Of a stretch of 64,000 bases of DNA, positions 24,100 to 35,999 are shown one piece after another (the stretch's first letter is position 1; every line of letters begins with the position of its first letter). This DNA is from Chiloscyllium plagiosum (Eukaryota), in contig NC_057718.1 in the NCBI RefSeq assembly GCF_004010195.1, positions 40,461,273 to 40,525,272 on the forward strand. The letters are read 5' to 3'. The position numbers and the translations under genes are program-made. Below the pieces are notes generated by a model. That model was not told the origin of the DNA. It made no database searches and saw only the letters and a list, made by a program, of their open reading frames with translations.

Positions 24100-27000
24100 T
24101 AAGAACAAAGAGCAATACAGCATAGGAACAGGCCCTTTGGCCCACCAAACCTGCGCCAATTCCAAATTCTTATTTAAACCCATTACTTATTGCCCATGCG
24201 TGCTTTCTATCCCTGTGTCTGCCTCCCATTCATGTGTCTATCAAGATATGCCTTAAATGTTGCTAATGTGCCTGCTTCCACTGGCAGTGAGTTCCAGGCA
24301 CCTACCACCCTCTGTGTGAAATATTTTCCCCACACTTCTCTCCTAAACTTTCCCCTACACACCTTGAACCCATGCTCTACTGTGGTTGAGCTTTCCACCC
24401 TGGGATAAAGTCTCTGACTCTCCACCCTATCTATGCCTCTTATAATTTTATAGACCTCTATCTGGTCGCCCCTCATCCTCTGTCTTTCCAGTTAAAACAA
24501 TCTGAATTTATCCCATCCCTTCTCATAATGTAAACCCTCCAGACCAGCATCCTGGTAAATCTTTATTGCACTCTCTCCAAAGCACCCATGCCCTTCTGGT
24601 AGTGTGGCAACCATAACTGCATGCAATATTCCAAATGTTGTCTAACTAAAGTTTTATACAGCTGTGGCATAACTTGCCAACTTTTATATTCGGTACCCCA
24701 GCCAATGAAGACAAGCATGCAGTATGCCTTCTTGACCACCGTATTCCACTTGTGTTGCCACTTTCAGGGATCTGTGGACCTGTGTGCCTCGATCCTTCTA
24801 GATGTCAATGCTTTGAAGATTTCTGCCATTTACAGAGGAACCTCAATTATCCAAATATGAATTATCCAAATTTCAGATTATCTAAAGAATATCTCAACGT
24901 CCCTATAGAAACATTGCATCAAAGAGGTGATTCAACACTGATGGCATCTTTTCTTTACAATGACTAAAAATGATCTCGGCTTACTGAAATGCTGCCGAGA
25001 ACAGTCCTAGACATCGATGGGAGCCTGGGTACCGTCTCCAAATGACTGACCTCCCACCCTTTCTCTCTCGCCACACTTTCCCTGGAGCTCTACACAGGGG
25101 TGTACCCTAAACCTCCTTTCCCCAGATAATCTCTCCAACATTGTCCTGAACAGGGCAAAGGTGGAACCTGTCATAAGGTTGCAGTGAGAGGGTGTGTGTG
25201 TGTGTGTGCTATTTTGAGACTCACCGATCCCCCAAAGGCAGCAGCAGTCTTACTGTTGGTGTCCAGTCCTGCTGCCCCGGGGGGGTGGAGATGGACAGTG
25301 TGTGGATGCGGACAAGGGCACGGAGGCGGCGGGGGCTGCTGCCTACCTCAATGGGGAGCGGACTTAGCAAGTGCTCGCTGTGTTAATCCCATTGAACTGA
25401 TGGGGGTGGGGGATGTGGGAGGCTTGAGCAGTGCTGCAAGTCCCTTACACACAAATGTGTGTCTGCTCAGAAACAAACCCTGAGACAGAGAGAGGGAGCA
25501 AGGCAGACAGAGCGAGGAAAAAGTAAACTTCAGAAAACACCGAGCCCCAGAGGAGAGGCATTGAATCAATTAACTGGATAATCAATTATCTGAACAAAAT
25601 AGTGCCTGCCCATCTCATTTGGATAATCGAGGTTCCTCTGTATTGTATACTTCACATCTGAATTTGATCTTTCAAAATGCAATACCTCACATTTGTCTGG
25701 ATTAAATTCCATCTGCCATTTCTCTGCCCAAACCTGCAATCTATCTAATTCAGCTGTATTCTTTGACAATTCTCCTCATTCACTGCAACTTCGCCAATTT
25801 TGGTATCATCCACAAACTTACTAATCAGACCACCTATATTTTCCTCCAGATCAGTTATATATATTGCAAACAACGAAGGTCCCAGCACTGATCTCTGTGG
25901 AACACCACTAGTTACTGATCTCCATTCTGAAAAGCACCCTTCCATTGCCACTCTTTGTCTTCTATGACTAAGCCAGTTCTGGATCTGATGAGACTCTACC
26001 GTTTGCACAAGCCTGCCATGAGGTACTTTATCAAATGCCTCACTAAAGTTGATGAAGATAACATCCACTACCCATTCGTCATCAATTATTCTTGTCTTCT
26101 CAAAAACTCAATAAAGTTGGTGAGACATGACCTTCCATGCACAAACCCATGCTGCCTAAAACTTTTAAGTCAACTCACTTCCAAATTTAAATAAATCCAG
26201 TCTCTTAGTATCTTCTCCCACAATTTCCGCACCACTGACATCAGGCTCACTGGCTTGTAGTTACCTTGATAATCTCTTGTTTCCCTTCTTAAACAAAGGA
26301 TCAACACTAGCCATTCTCCAGTCTTCTGGAACCTTGCCCGAGACCAAAGAGAATGTAAAAGTATCTATTAAGGCCCCAGCTGTTTGCTCTCTTGCCTCCC
26401 ACAGTGCCTTGGGATAGATCCCATCTGGCCTTGGGGAATTGACTACCTTAATGCATTTCAAGTCACCCAACTCTTCCTCCTATATTATGTCGATCTGCTG
26501 GAGAGTATTCACACACATTTTCCTAACCTTAATATCCTTCATTACTCATTAAGCATCTCAACCAATTCCTCTGGCTCCACACATAATTTCCCTCCTTTAT
26601 CCTTGAGTGAGCCTACTCTTTCCCTCACTACCCTCTTGCTCCTAATATATCTATAAAATGCTTTAGGATTCTCCTAAAGCTTTAGGCTGAGGACATTTCA
26701 TGGATATTTTTAGTCCTCCTAATTCCCTGTCTCAGCTTCTTCCTACTTTCTCTAGATTCTTCAAGGATTTTGTCTGACTTTAGTTGCCTTTTCTTTTTCG
26801 CTTCCTTTGCTTTTGACTAAGCTGATGATGTCCCCTATCATCTAAGGTTCCTGAATTCTGCCACTCCTGTCCTTCATTTTCACAGGAACAATTCTATCTT
26901 GCGTGTTAATCAACTGGTCTTTAAAAGATTCCCCCATGCTAGATTTGGATTTACCCTCAATTAGCCACTCCCAATCCACTTTCTCTAATTCTTGCCTAAT

Positions 27001-27280
27001 TCGGTTATCATTGGCCTTCCCACAATTTATCCGAGTTCCACTCTACACCTTATCCATAAGTATTCAAAAACTTATGGAATTATGGTCGCTATTCCCAAAA
27101 TGCTCTTCCACTAAAACTTTGATCTCCTGGCTGGGCTCAATTCCCAATACCAGGTCCAGAAAAGCCTCCTCCCTTATTGGCCTATCCACATACTGTTTTA
27201 AAAAACCTTCCTGGAGGCAGCTAACAAATTGCTCCCCACCCAAACTCCCGGCCTTAAGGGAGTCCCAATCAATATGGTGA
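24100..27280 (-). mobile_element. Long CR1 LINE (APE to 3' end), interrupted by a MITE
   Basis: SPRPDGIYPKALWE, FSEAFDKVPH, SGVPQRSVLGP, SKFVDDTKI and WAEKWQMEFNPDKC. Confidence 0.9.
24833..25640. mobile_element. Non-autonomous Tc1/mariner-pogo-type DNA transposon (MITE)
   Basis: TIRs cagaggaacctcaattatccaaat / atttggataatcgaggttcctctg, TA on both sides (24831-24832, 25641-25642); CR1 continues across it. Confidence 0.9.
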
Positions 27281-27289
27281 AGTAATTTT

Positions 27290-29720
27290 CAGGATGCACA
27301 AGTTTGTGTTCATGTTAATGCATAGATATGGAATGTGATTTCACTGAAGTTAGTTAAAAATCTACGGAACTGGTCATTGCATTTAAAGCAAGCAAATCTT
27401 TCAGAAAAGCACTTTTGGACAAACCTAAGGAATATGCCATTAATGCTCTACTAGAAGAAGGACACAAAATCACTGCAATTCTAGCAGGCCAGCAAAATCT
27501 GCCAGTACTCAAAACTGAAACAACTATTGCAGTCATCAACAGTTTCAGTGGAACATCTAAATCTTATTCCATCAGCAGCTTATCCCACCTACTGAAACTG
27601 GGTCCAGCATTTTGTGAGAAATAGATCTAAATTCCACAAGAGACTTTGGGCTAAAATGTGCATGAAATCCAATCACCTATGGAAATGTCACAGCAATGTA
27701 TGAAGGAAAGATATTTCCTCAGTTCTGTTCATGGATCTCAGGCATGTCAATGAAGTCCAAGAGGCAACTGTAGCATTACAGCTTACAGACTCCAGTCAGA
27801 CAGATAATGGGCTAAACTTGATACACCATTAGGACACTGTCAGAAAAGTTCCATCTAGGTGATAATGGCAAAAGGAATAGACAACATGTAGTATATGCCA
27901 GTGTTGATGATGCTGCAAGTGCAAAAATCATCCCTTTAAGCATTTTAGAAGAGATGTACTCAGCAAATTAGTACCGATTCATGCAGTCCATACAAAATAA
28001 TTTAACTGCTTACAATGGATCTGTCATTCCATCCATCTTAAATGTCAATACTCACCCTCAGAATGGATGCCTGTAATTATTCACATCATTGCAACACATT
28101 GACCACCTATCATTGGTTTTCCAGTAAGTCCGGATCCATATATTACCATAAACCATGAGGTGACAATCTGTCACTTGCAACAACAAAGATTCTAATCCAA
28201 AGATTGAGTCAATACAGTCTTTACTCAGATAGGTTTGATGCTATCAGCAACTTTGGACACAATGTAGCGTTACATCTGAAAGATGATACTGAACCCAGCA
28301 TCGACCCTCTTCCTTGGTGCAACATTCACATCCAAGAAAAGCTCAGACTGGAATTGGATTCATCTGAAACAGTGTCCTGAAAGTTGATCATCACACTGAT
28401 TGGTGCATCTCTATTACTTGTGTTTTGAAGAAAGACAGCAAATGACATTATATGTTTTAATCCAATGCCCTAAGATGATGTCCACACAAGATTCTGATCT
28501 TGGAAGAGGTTAATCTCAAGTTCTCAGATGCTAAGTGTTTTTCCAGGCTCGATGCTGAACATGGCTATTGGTCCATATATCATTCCCCAGAGCCACAGAA
28601 AGTGACAATTCCAAGAACACCACTTGGTAGATAATGTTTGCTCAGATTGCCATTTGGATTATGCATCAGTGAGGACACATTCCAACAACATATGGATCAT
28701 ATCATCGAGAATCAATCAGGTCGCCTCTATATTGCAGGCCATATCACAGTTCTCAGAAAGAATTAATAGGGAACATGACCCACCCCTCCATCAGTTCACA
28801 GCAGCAGGAAGGAAACATGATTATCTTTTCAACAATAAAAAAAACACATCAATGTGAGCCAAATTAAATTCTTCAGTTCAATCTACTTGCCAACTGTTAT
28901 TAAACATGATCCGATTAAAATAGAAGCTATATGGAAGATATCTCTTCCTCAACACAAAGGTGTCTTATAAAGGTCTCTCAGTTCATTTACGTTTTTATCC
29001 TTACATGTTCTTGAATTTTATGAGAAAGGTATCGCCTCTTTAAGAGCTTCTCCACACAAACATACCACACATGGAGTAGGAAGATCCCCAACATATTTCT
29101 TGATGTCTCAAAAATGTTCTATCATCGATTAAGCATAGTCTTTAATGGGATGATCCCACCAAGCTCACCACGTTGGAAGTAAGTGCATCCACTACAAGGA
29201 TGAGAAGACCTCAGACCATCAGGAAGTCAGTGTAAGTCAATTACCTTCTACTCAGCAAACAATCATTTTTCCAAGTCTTGGAGAACATGTTCAGGGAAAA
29301 TACCGAAACTTACAGATTCTCTGAATTCGTTAAATCAAAGAGGGAGGGAGATGGGAGTACTGGTGAATATAAATATATAAACAAATATATCACACTAATA
29401 GTATAAGGGAAAACATATTTTGAAAGCTGATGTTATATATAAGTCAGAAGTGTTTGAAAGGGTTAATAATTGATTGAGCCCAGTAAGCACCTCATACTAC
29501 AACATGCCACAAAGAATTGGACAGAGTAAAGAAGGAGCTTGTTGGAGACATAACTGAGGCTAGAGTGCTCCTAACAGTCTCCATGGCAATGTAAGTCACG
29601 TTCATGTAATCTGTAACTAGTTGCAATAATGTAATGAATGTCCTATTGTTTACTCAATGAGATTCTTCTAGTTAGATCAGAAATGTGGTTATCCTAATCC
29701 ATGCTATACTACTTTGGGCT
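27290..29720 (+). mobile_element. Degraded Gypsy LTR retrotransposon (gag-pro-RT, probable 3' LTR)
   Basis: FRKALLDKPKEY (gag), VDDAASAKIIP/LTAYNG (protease), FSRLDAEHGYW and LPFGLCISEDTFQQHMD (RT); boundaries approximate. Confidence 0.8.
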
Positions 29721-30034
29721 TGAAGGAACCCATACATGCAATACAAATAACTGCCACAAAGGCTTAACTGAACAAAAGCTAATTAATATTCTGCATTCTA
29801 TCAGTTACAATGGTTACAGTCTTATCTTCAGCAGCTGCCAGTAGGGGTAGTAAGAAGCACAGAGAAAGAGGAAATGTGCAAAGAGCTCTGATTCAGAATA
29901 GAATGTAACCTGAACAAATGAGTGAAATGCAAAGTGTGGAAGAATTAGACATCTGCCAATCAATATTGCTTATATTAGCACACAAAATGATTTATTAGCC
30001 TGTAGCCCATTTTTCCAGTATGTGATTTTTTTAA

Positions 30035-30635
30035 CCATTTATTAGATGTGGGCATCACTGGCTACACTAGCACTTATTACCCATCTCTCATTGCTCTAGA
30101 GAAGATGGTGGTAGGTTGCCTTTTGGACTGTCTTTTGCATTTCTTGAAATATGAAGGTACCCATAAAGCATTTCAGAAGGGCATTCTTGTATTTTAACCT
30201 AGCAACAGTAAAGGAACACAGATCTCAATCCAAACTAGGACAGTGCATGATTTGGCAGGGATCTTGGAGGTAGGAGGAGTGACAGTACATGATTTGGAGG
30301 GGAGTTTGGAGGTAGGGGAAGCTTTCCCATGAATCGACTGCTTTTGTCCGTTAGATGGTGAACATGGCATGTTTGGAAAGTGCTGTCGGAGAGTTTTATA
30401 GTAGGCACTGCATATCTGTGGTGAAGGTAACGAACGTGGTGGATGTGGTACCAATCAAGTGGGTTGCTTTGTTGTCAATATTTTTAGTGCTGCACTCTTC
30501 CAGGCAAGTGAAGAGTATTTCTTCACACTCCTGACTTGTGCATTGTAGATGGTGGACACGCTTTGGTGAGAAGGTGATTTATTTACTCCTGAATTCCTAG
30601 CCTCTGACCTTTTCCTCTGTCTATATTGCATTAAC
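30035..30635 (-). mobile_element. LINE 3' end whose tail matches the Deu-SINE tail
   Basis: IYNAQVRSVKKYSSLAWKSAA; terminus gggcatcactggc...cacttattacccatc matches ~51329-51365. Confidence 0.7.
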
Positions 30636-31928
30636 AATTACAGGAATTGAGTTACTGTCTGCTTCTACAACTGTACTCTGGGTGCATACGACATTTTAAG
30701 AGGTTAAATTTGAAATATCTCCATTTTGAAAGTTTTTGTGTGTGTAGATTTTTATAATTTGCTGTAATGGATATTTTTTAAAAATGTCATAATTTGGATT
30801 TTTTAAAGCTACTTAGTCCACACAGTTTCTCACTTTAAACTTCTACATTCCTATGAGTGAACATAAGAAGACTTAAAAAAATCACCCAAAAACATATGGT
30901 TTGCAGACATGGCATTGCAGTTTGTACAGAAATAATCCAGTTCACGACAGAAGGTAGTACAAAGTAGAGCTAAAAATATAAAACATGATTAGAAGATGAA
31001 GGGTATATCATTAAATAAGGCAAGTTGGCAAAACAATCTTGTTGCAATAGCTGACAAAATATTGGAAGTGCAGTCACAGGAAGGAACTTTTACCAAAGTC
31101 AAGTTTACATTTTGAAAGTGTAAGGTAAATTTTGAAAGCCCCAAAGCAATAGTACATGAAGGTAGTGCATGGTGATTTCAACAGACAGTGAATTCCTAGC
31201 ACCATCTCATCTGGACTGTCTGTCAGTGGTATCAGACTTTTGCTAAATTTACCCGGAACGAACTAGACAAACGTAATTCCAATCCAAGGGAATGTTACTG
31301 GCATACGTTTGTAATCCTTATTATGCGGAGATGCTAGCTTAGAAAGTATGCTCTGCTCCAGTTTCTGTGATTAAGATGCATATTTAAAGCATCAGTGTTA
31401 AATAATTATTTACTGTATTAACAGAGACATTTCACCCCATTTACTGCATAAATGCCTCTATTACAATTACACCCAGTAAAAACATATTGTGTCTGGTTTT
31501 GCATTGAATTCTAATGAGTGACACCAACCGAACCCTTGATTTGCACTTCTGTGTAGACATTCGATGGTAGCTGCCAGCCAACCATAATGCACCTCGACAG
31601 GGCCTCTGGGAATAAGGCAAATGCCTGTATATCCCATAAACAATCAGATTGAAGAATTATTCCTGAGGTACGTGGGGCTGAATTTTCACTATGGTACCTG
31701 GTTTTAGGGTCAGAAACCTATCTCTGGTGGGAAAATTTAGATTTTCAGACTGAAAGCCCATTATTGATCAGGAGATGGGTTTTCTTTGTTTTTTTTTTCT
31801 TTTATGGAATATGGACATCTCTGGCAAGGCCACTCTATTGTGTAGCAGAGGCACCTCTCTGACAGGGTCATCTCCCTCCTCTCTTATCTCCAGCTCCTAA
31901 CTCCGTGAGCCGCGTCCTTACAGGGCTT

Positions 31929-32149
31929 GGAGAAAGTCAAGTCTGCAGATGCTGGAAGTCAGAGTCGAGAGTGTGGTGCTGGAAAAGCACAGCAGGTCAG
32001 GCAGCATCCGAGGAGCAGGAGAATCAACGTTTCGGGCCGGAGCTCTTCATCAGGAATGAAGGGCTGATAAAGGGCTCCGGCCCGAAACTTTGATTCTCCT
32101 GCTCCTCGGATGCTGCCTGACCTGCTGTGCTTTTCCAGCAACACTCAAC
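31929..32149. mobile_element. Inverted (head-to-head) PLE terminal-repeat insertion with two hammerheads
   Basis: Minus hammerhead 32026-32053, plus hammerhead 32064-32091; TSD tcctt(a/c)cagggctt at 31915-31928 and 32150-32163. Confidence 0.9.
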
Positions 32150-32755
32150 TCCTTCCAGGGCTTCACTACTCAAAAAATCCCGTACTTCCCTGGAGGGCCA
32201 TGTAATGCAGAGGGCAGTAGGCCACCACTGTGACTGAGATCCTTGCAGAGGATATTGGAGTCCAACACCTAACTAGTCCTGGCAATGGAATCACGTCTTC
32301 AGAAAGCTGATGACCAGCTTGGTTGTTGCTGTATTCAGCAGCAGGAATTAGTGATATTGTCTCTGTTTGGAGCTCTACAGGCAGGCCACTTATTCACAGG
32401 CTATCTGTTCAAATGAAGATTTGAGGCATCTGGAACTGTCAGAGGGTGAAGGATTCATGGCAGCTGCAAGGAAAGTGAGCACACACAGAGGACACGCTTC
32501 ATGTGGTCACAAGGTAGTTGCATATTGAAGGAATGGAATCCCTTACTGTTGAAGAATCACATTGGCTAGTCACTGTCTGCCTTGATAGCCATATGGGTGC
32601 ACCAAATGATGCCCTTCTTCAGATAGAATCCAGCGAAGGAAGCTAAACCCAATAAACCCTGGCTCTGCAGTACCACGTCTGTCCTTCAATGAATATGCTG
32701 TCCAGCAGTGGGTATGAGATGCAGTACAAGGAGCAAAGAACATAGAAAATTACAG

Positions 32756-33627
32756 ATTCTGGATTAGTGGTGCTGGAAGAGCACAGCAGTTCAGGCAGCA
32801 TCCGAGGACAGGCAGCATCCGAGGACAGGCAAAATCGACGTTTCGGGCAAAAGGCCTTCATCAGGAATAAAGGCAGAGAGCCTGAAGCGTGGAGAGATAA
32901 GCTAGAGGAGGGGTTGCTGAACAAAGAGACCTTGGAATGCAGGTTCATAGTTCCATGAAAGTAGAGTTGCAGGTAGATAGGATAGTGAAGGCAGTGCTTC
33001 GTATGCTTTCCTTAATTGGTCAAACCATTGATTATAGGAGTTGAGAGGTCATGTTGCAGCTGTACAGGACATTGGTTAGACCGCTTTTGGAATATTGTGC
33101 GCAATTCTGGTCTCCTTCCTATCGGAAGGATGTTGTGAAACTTGAAAGGGTTCAGAAAAGATTTACAAGGATGTTGCCAGGGATGGAGAATTTGAGCTTT
33201 AGGGAGATGCTGAATAGGCTGGGGCTGTTTTTCCTTGAGCATCAGAGGCGGAGGGGTGACCTTATAGAGGTTTATAAAATCATGAGAGGCATGGATAGGA
33301 TAAATAGACAAAGTCTTTTCCCTGGTGTGGGGGAGTCCAGAACTAGAGCGCATAGGTTTAGGGTGAGACAGGAAAGATTTTAAAGGGAATTAAGGGGCAA
33401 CTTTTTCCACATAGAGGGTGGTGCGTGTGTGGAATGAGCTGGCAGAGGAAGTGGTAGAGGCTGGAGGCTCTCTGCCTTTATTCCTGATGAAGGGCTTTTG
33501 CCTGAAACGTCGATTTTGCCTGTCCTCGGATTTTGCCTGTCCTCGGATGCTGCCTGAACTGCTGTGCTCTTCCAGCACCACTAATCCAGAATCTGGTTTC
33601 CAGCATCTGCAGTCATTGTTTTTACCC
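32756..33627. mobile_element. Composite insertion: inverted PLE ribozyme arms enclosing a CR1 RT fragment
   Basis: Minus arm 32756-32913 (hammerhead 32837-32864), CR1 32914-33464, plus arm 33465-33627 (hammerhead 33484-33511); perfect TSD catagaaaattacag at 32741-32755 and 33628-33642. Confidence 0.9.
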
Positions 33628-34899
33628 CATAGAAAATTACAGCACAGGAGTAGGCCTTTCTGCCCTCCAAGCCTGCACCAATCTAGATCCTCTATCTAAA
33701 CCTATCACGTCTTTCTCCTCTGGAAGTATTAGCTTTCTTTTCCCTTAGGAAGCCTGAGTGGAGAATGTTGCATCTTGTTATTCTGAAACCCTTTAAAATA
33801 AGACCATTCATCTCAGTGGATCTTAATCACCATCTCCAGGAGGGGTGGTTCTAATTGAGAGTTAAAAACTGTTAAGACAAAGTATTTCTCTGCAGTCAGT
33901 TCAGGTCTCTGGGAAGCTCAGGCATAGTGACAAGGAGGCTGGATGCTGCTGTCACAGCCTTGCATAGGCCTGTCTCACTTTTCAAGTATTCAATTGGAAA
34001 TTGGGAGGTCGGGCAAGGGTGGGTGGGCTTACATCAGCAATGTGTGATTCCAGGAATTTCTGTGACTCCTCCTTCACGGACTTACAAAACTAGACAATTC
34101 TGGCCCTCTATGCCTAAGGCACAGTAGGCAAGATGTAACAGCACAAGCGAGCCCTGAACTTGGCAAGCCTAAAAGGCTCCATTGGAAATTTCAGAACAGT
34201 ATAATAGGGATACACTGTTGAGGTTTGTTGTTTAAAGTTCATTGTCAGGGAAACACAGCACAAATGACTTACGATTCTCAGTATCATCATTGTTTGAAAA
34301 GTGGCAACTTGCCCTGCACTGCAGCATGCCAGCTGCCCATCCTAATTAGTGGTTAGAAAGCAATAATAAGTGAACTGTGTTTTAATTTAATGAATAGACA
34401 GTAATTTGCATCTGATACCATTAGCTATACTTTCCCAGTAATCAATGTTGGTGCCATTTAATCAGTCCTGTGGGTCAAAGTAGTCAGAAAAGGATATCTG
34501 CCAACATGGAAATACATTAATCCAAAGCCTTTAGAGTCATAACTTCATTAGCATTTTTGGCAAAGAAATTGCCAGAGCTATTCATTACTGAATTCAGCAG
34601 AGTTCATAAAATACCCTGTGGTATCTTTTTGTTTGCTTCCTCGACTCCAAAAATAAGATATATTTATACAATTGTTCACATTTATAAGGGAAGGAATAAC
34701 AGCAATTAAAACAGAACTGTTTCTCATTGCTTGGCTTTCTTTACACTGGAGGGCTTCAGTGCAAGTTCCTCTACTTTTTCTGTAGCCTTATGCCCTTCTT
34801 TCTCTTGCTGAGTGCCTCCAAATTCAAGATGGAGGGCAGAATCTTTGAGGCAGAATCTGAATGAGGTGGGCTATGTTGAGAATTGTAGCAGAGTCACAT

Positions 34900-35145
34900 G
34901 ACAGTGTATAGCACAGTTGCTTCACAGCACCAGGGACTTGGCTTTGATTCCAGCCTTGGGTGACTGTGTGAAGTTTGTATGTATCCCTGTGTCTGTGTGA
35001 GTTTCCATCAGGTGCTCTGGTTTCCCCTCTCAGGTTGGGTGGCCTAGCCATAGGAAATGTGGAGATAGGGTGGGATGGTAGGTCTGGGTGGGATGCTCTT
35101 CAGATGGGCTGAATGGCCTTTGCCTGCAAGGATTCTATGATTCTA
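34900..35145 (+). mobile_element. HE1-like V-SINE, degraded
   Basis: cacagcaccagggac head, V-domain, tail gattctatgattctat. Confidence 0.75.
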
Positions 35146-35252
35146 TAAAGTCTGATGAGCCCTATCTCAACATTGGGAGAAATTGCTGCATCTTCTTTCC
35201 AACTGCTAGGCGTCAAGCCAAGATTGTCTCTAGGTAGCGATGAGTTACCTAT

Positions 35253-35895
35253 TAGAATATAGAACAGTACAGCAAAGCAATGGGCCCTTCGCCCCACAAT
35301 GTTTGCCTAACATGATGCCAGATTAACCTAATCCCGTCTGCCTGCCCTTGGTCCACATCTCTTCAGTCCTTGCATATTCATATGCCTATCTAAAAGCCCC
35401 TGAAATGTCCCTATCGTATCTGTCTCCATCACCGCATCTGGCAGCCGGTTCCAGACTCATACCCCTCCCTGTGTAAAACTCTTATCCCTCATGTCTCCTT
35501 TGAACTTTCCCCCTCTCGCCTCTCATCTAATCTACGATTAGATGTTTCAACTCTGGAAAAAAGATTCTGTCCATCAACCCTATCTATGCATCTCATAATT
35601 TTATAGACTTCTGTCAAGTCTCCCCTCAGCCTCTGCCGCTCCAGAGAAAACAACCCGAGTTTTTCTAGCCTCCTGTTATAGCTCATACCCTCTAATCCAG
35701 GCAGCATCCTGGTAAACCGTACCTGCACCCTCTCCAAAGTCTCAACACCCTTCGTCTAATGTGGTAACCAGAATTGAACACAATACTCTTAAGTGTGGCC
35801 TAACCAAAGTCTTACAAAGCTGCAACATGAGATCCTGACCCTTGTACACAATTCCCTGACCAATAAAGGGAAGTATGCCATTTGCCTTCTTTACT
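35253..35895 (-). mobile_element. CR1 LINE 3' end
   Basis: ERVQVRFTRMLPGLEG...RLRGDLTEVYKIMR. Confidence 0.9.
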
Positions 35896-35999
35896 TTTTG
35901 CTGTTTACTTTAGATTATTGCTCATGAATAACCTTATTAACAGTATATCTTGTGTCATCAACATACAGCTTCATATCATACCAAACCCGCTGAACAAAC

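Noticed and set aside
32756..33627. TIR DNA transposon
   Set aside because: The arms are asymmetric PLE terminal repeats with hammerheads, only one has the tail, and no transposase-type termini are present.
32643..33748. Recurring peptide MLPDLLCCSS/MLPELLCSSS as a conserved micropeptide
   Set aside because: It is a translation of the repeated non-coding PLE terminal repeat; frame and length vary between copies.
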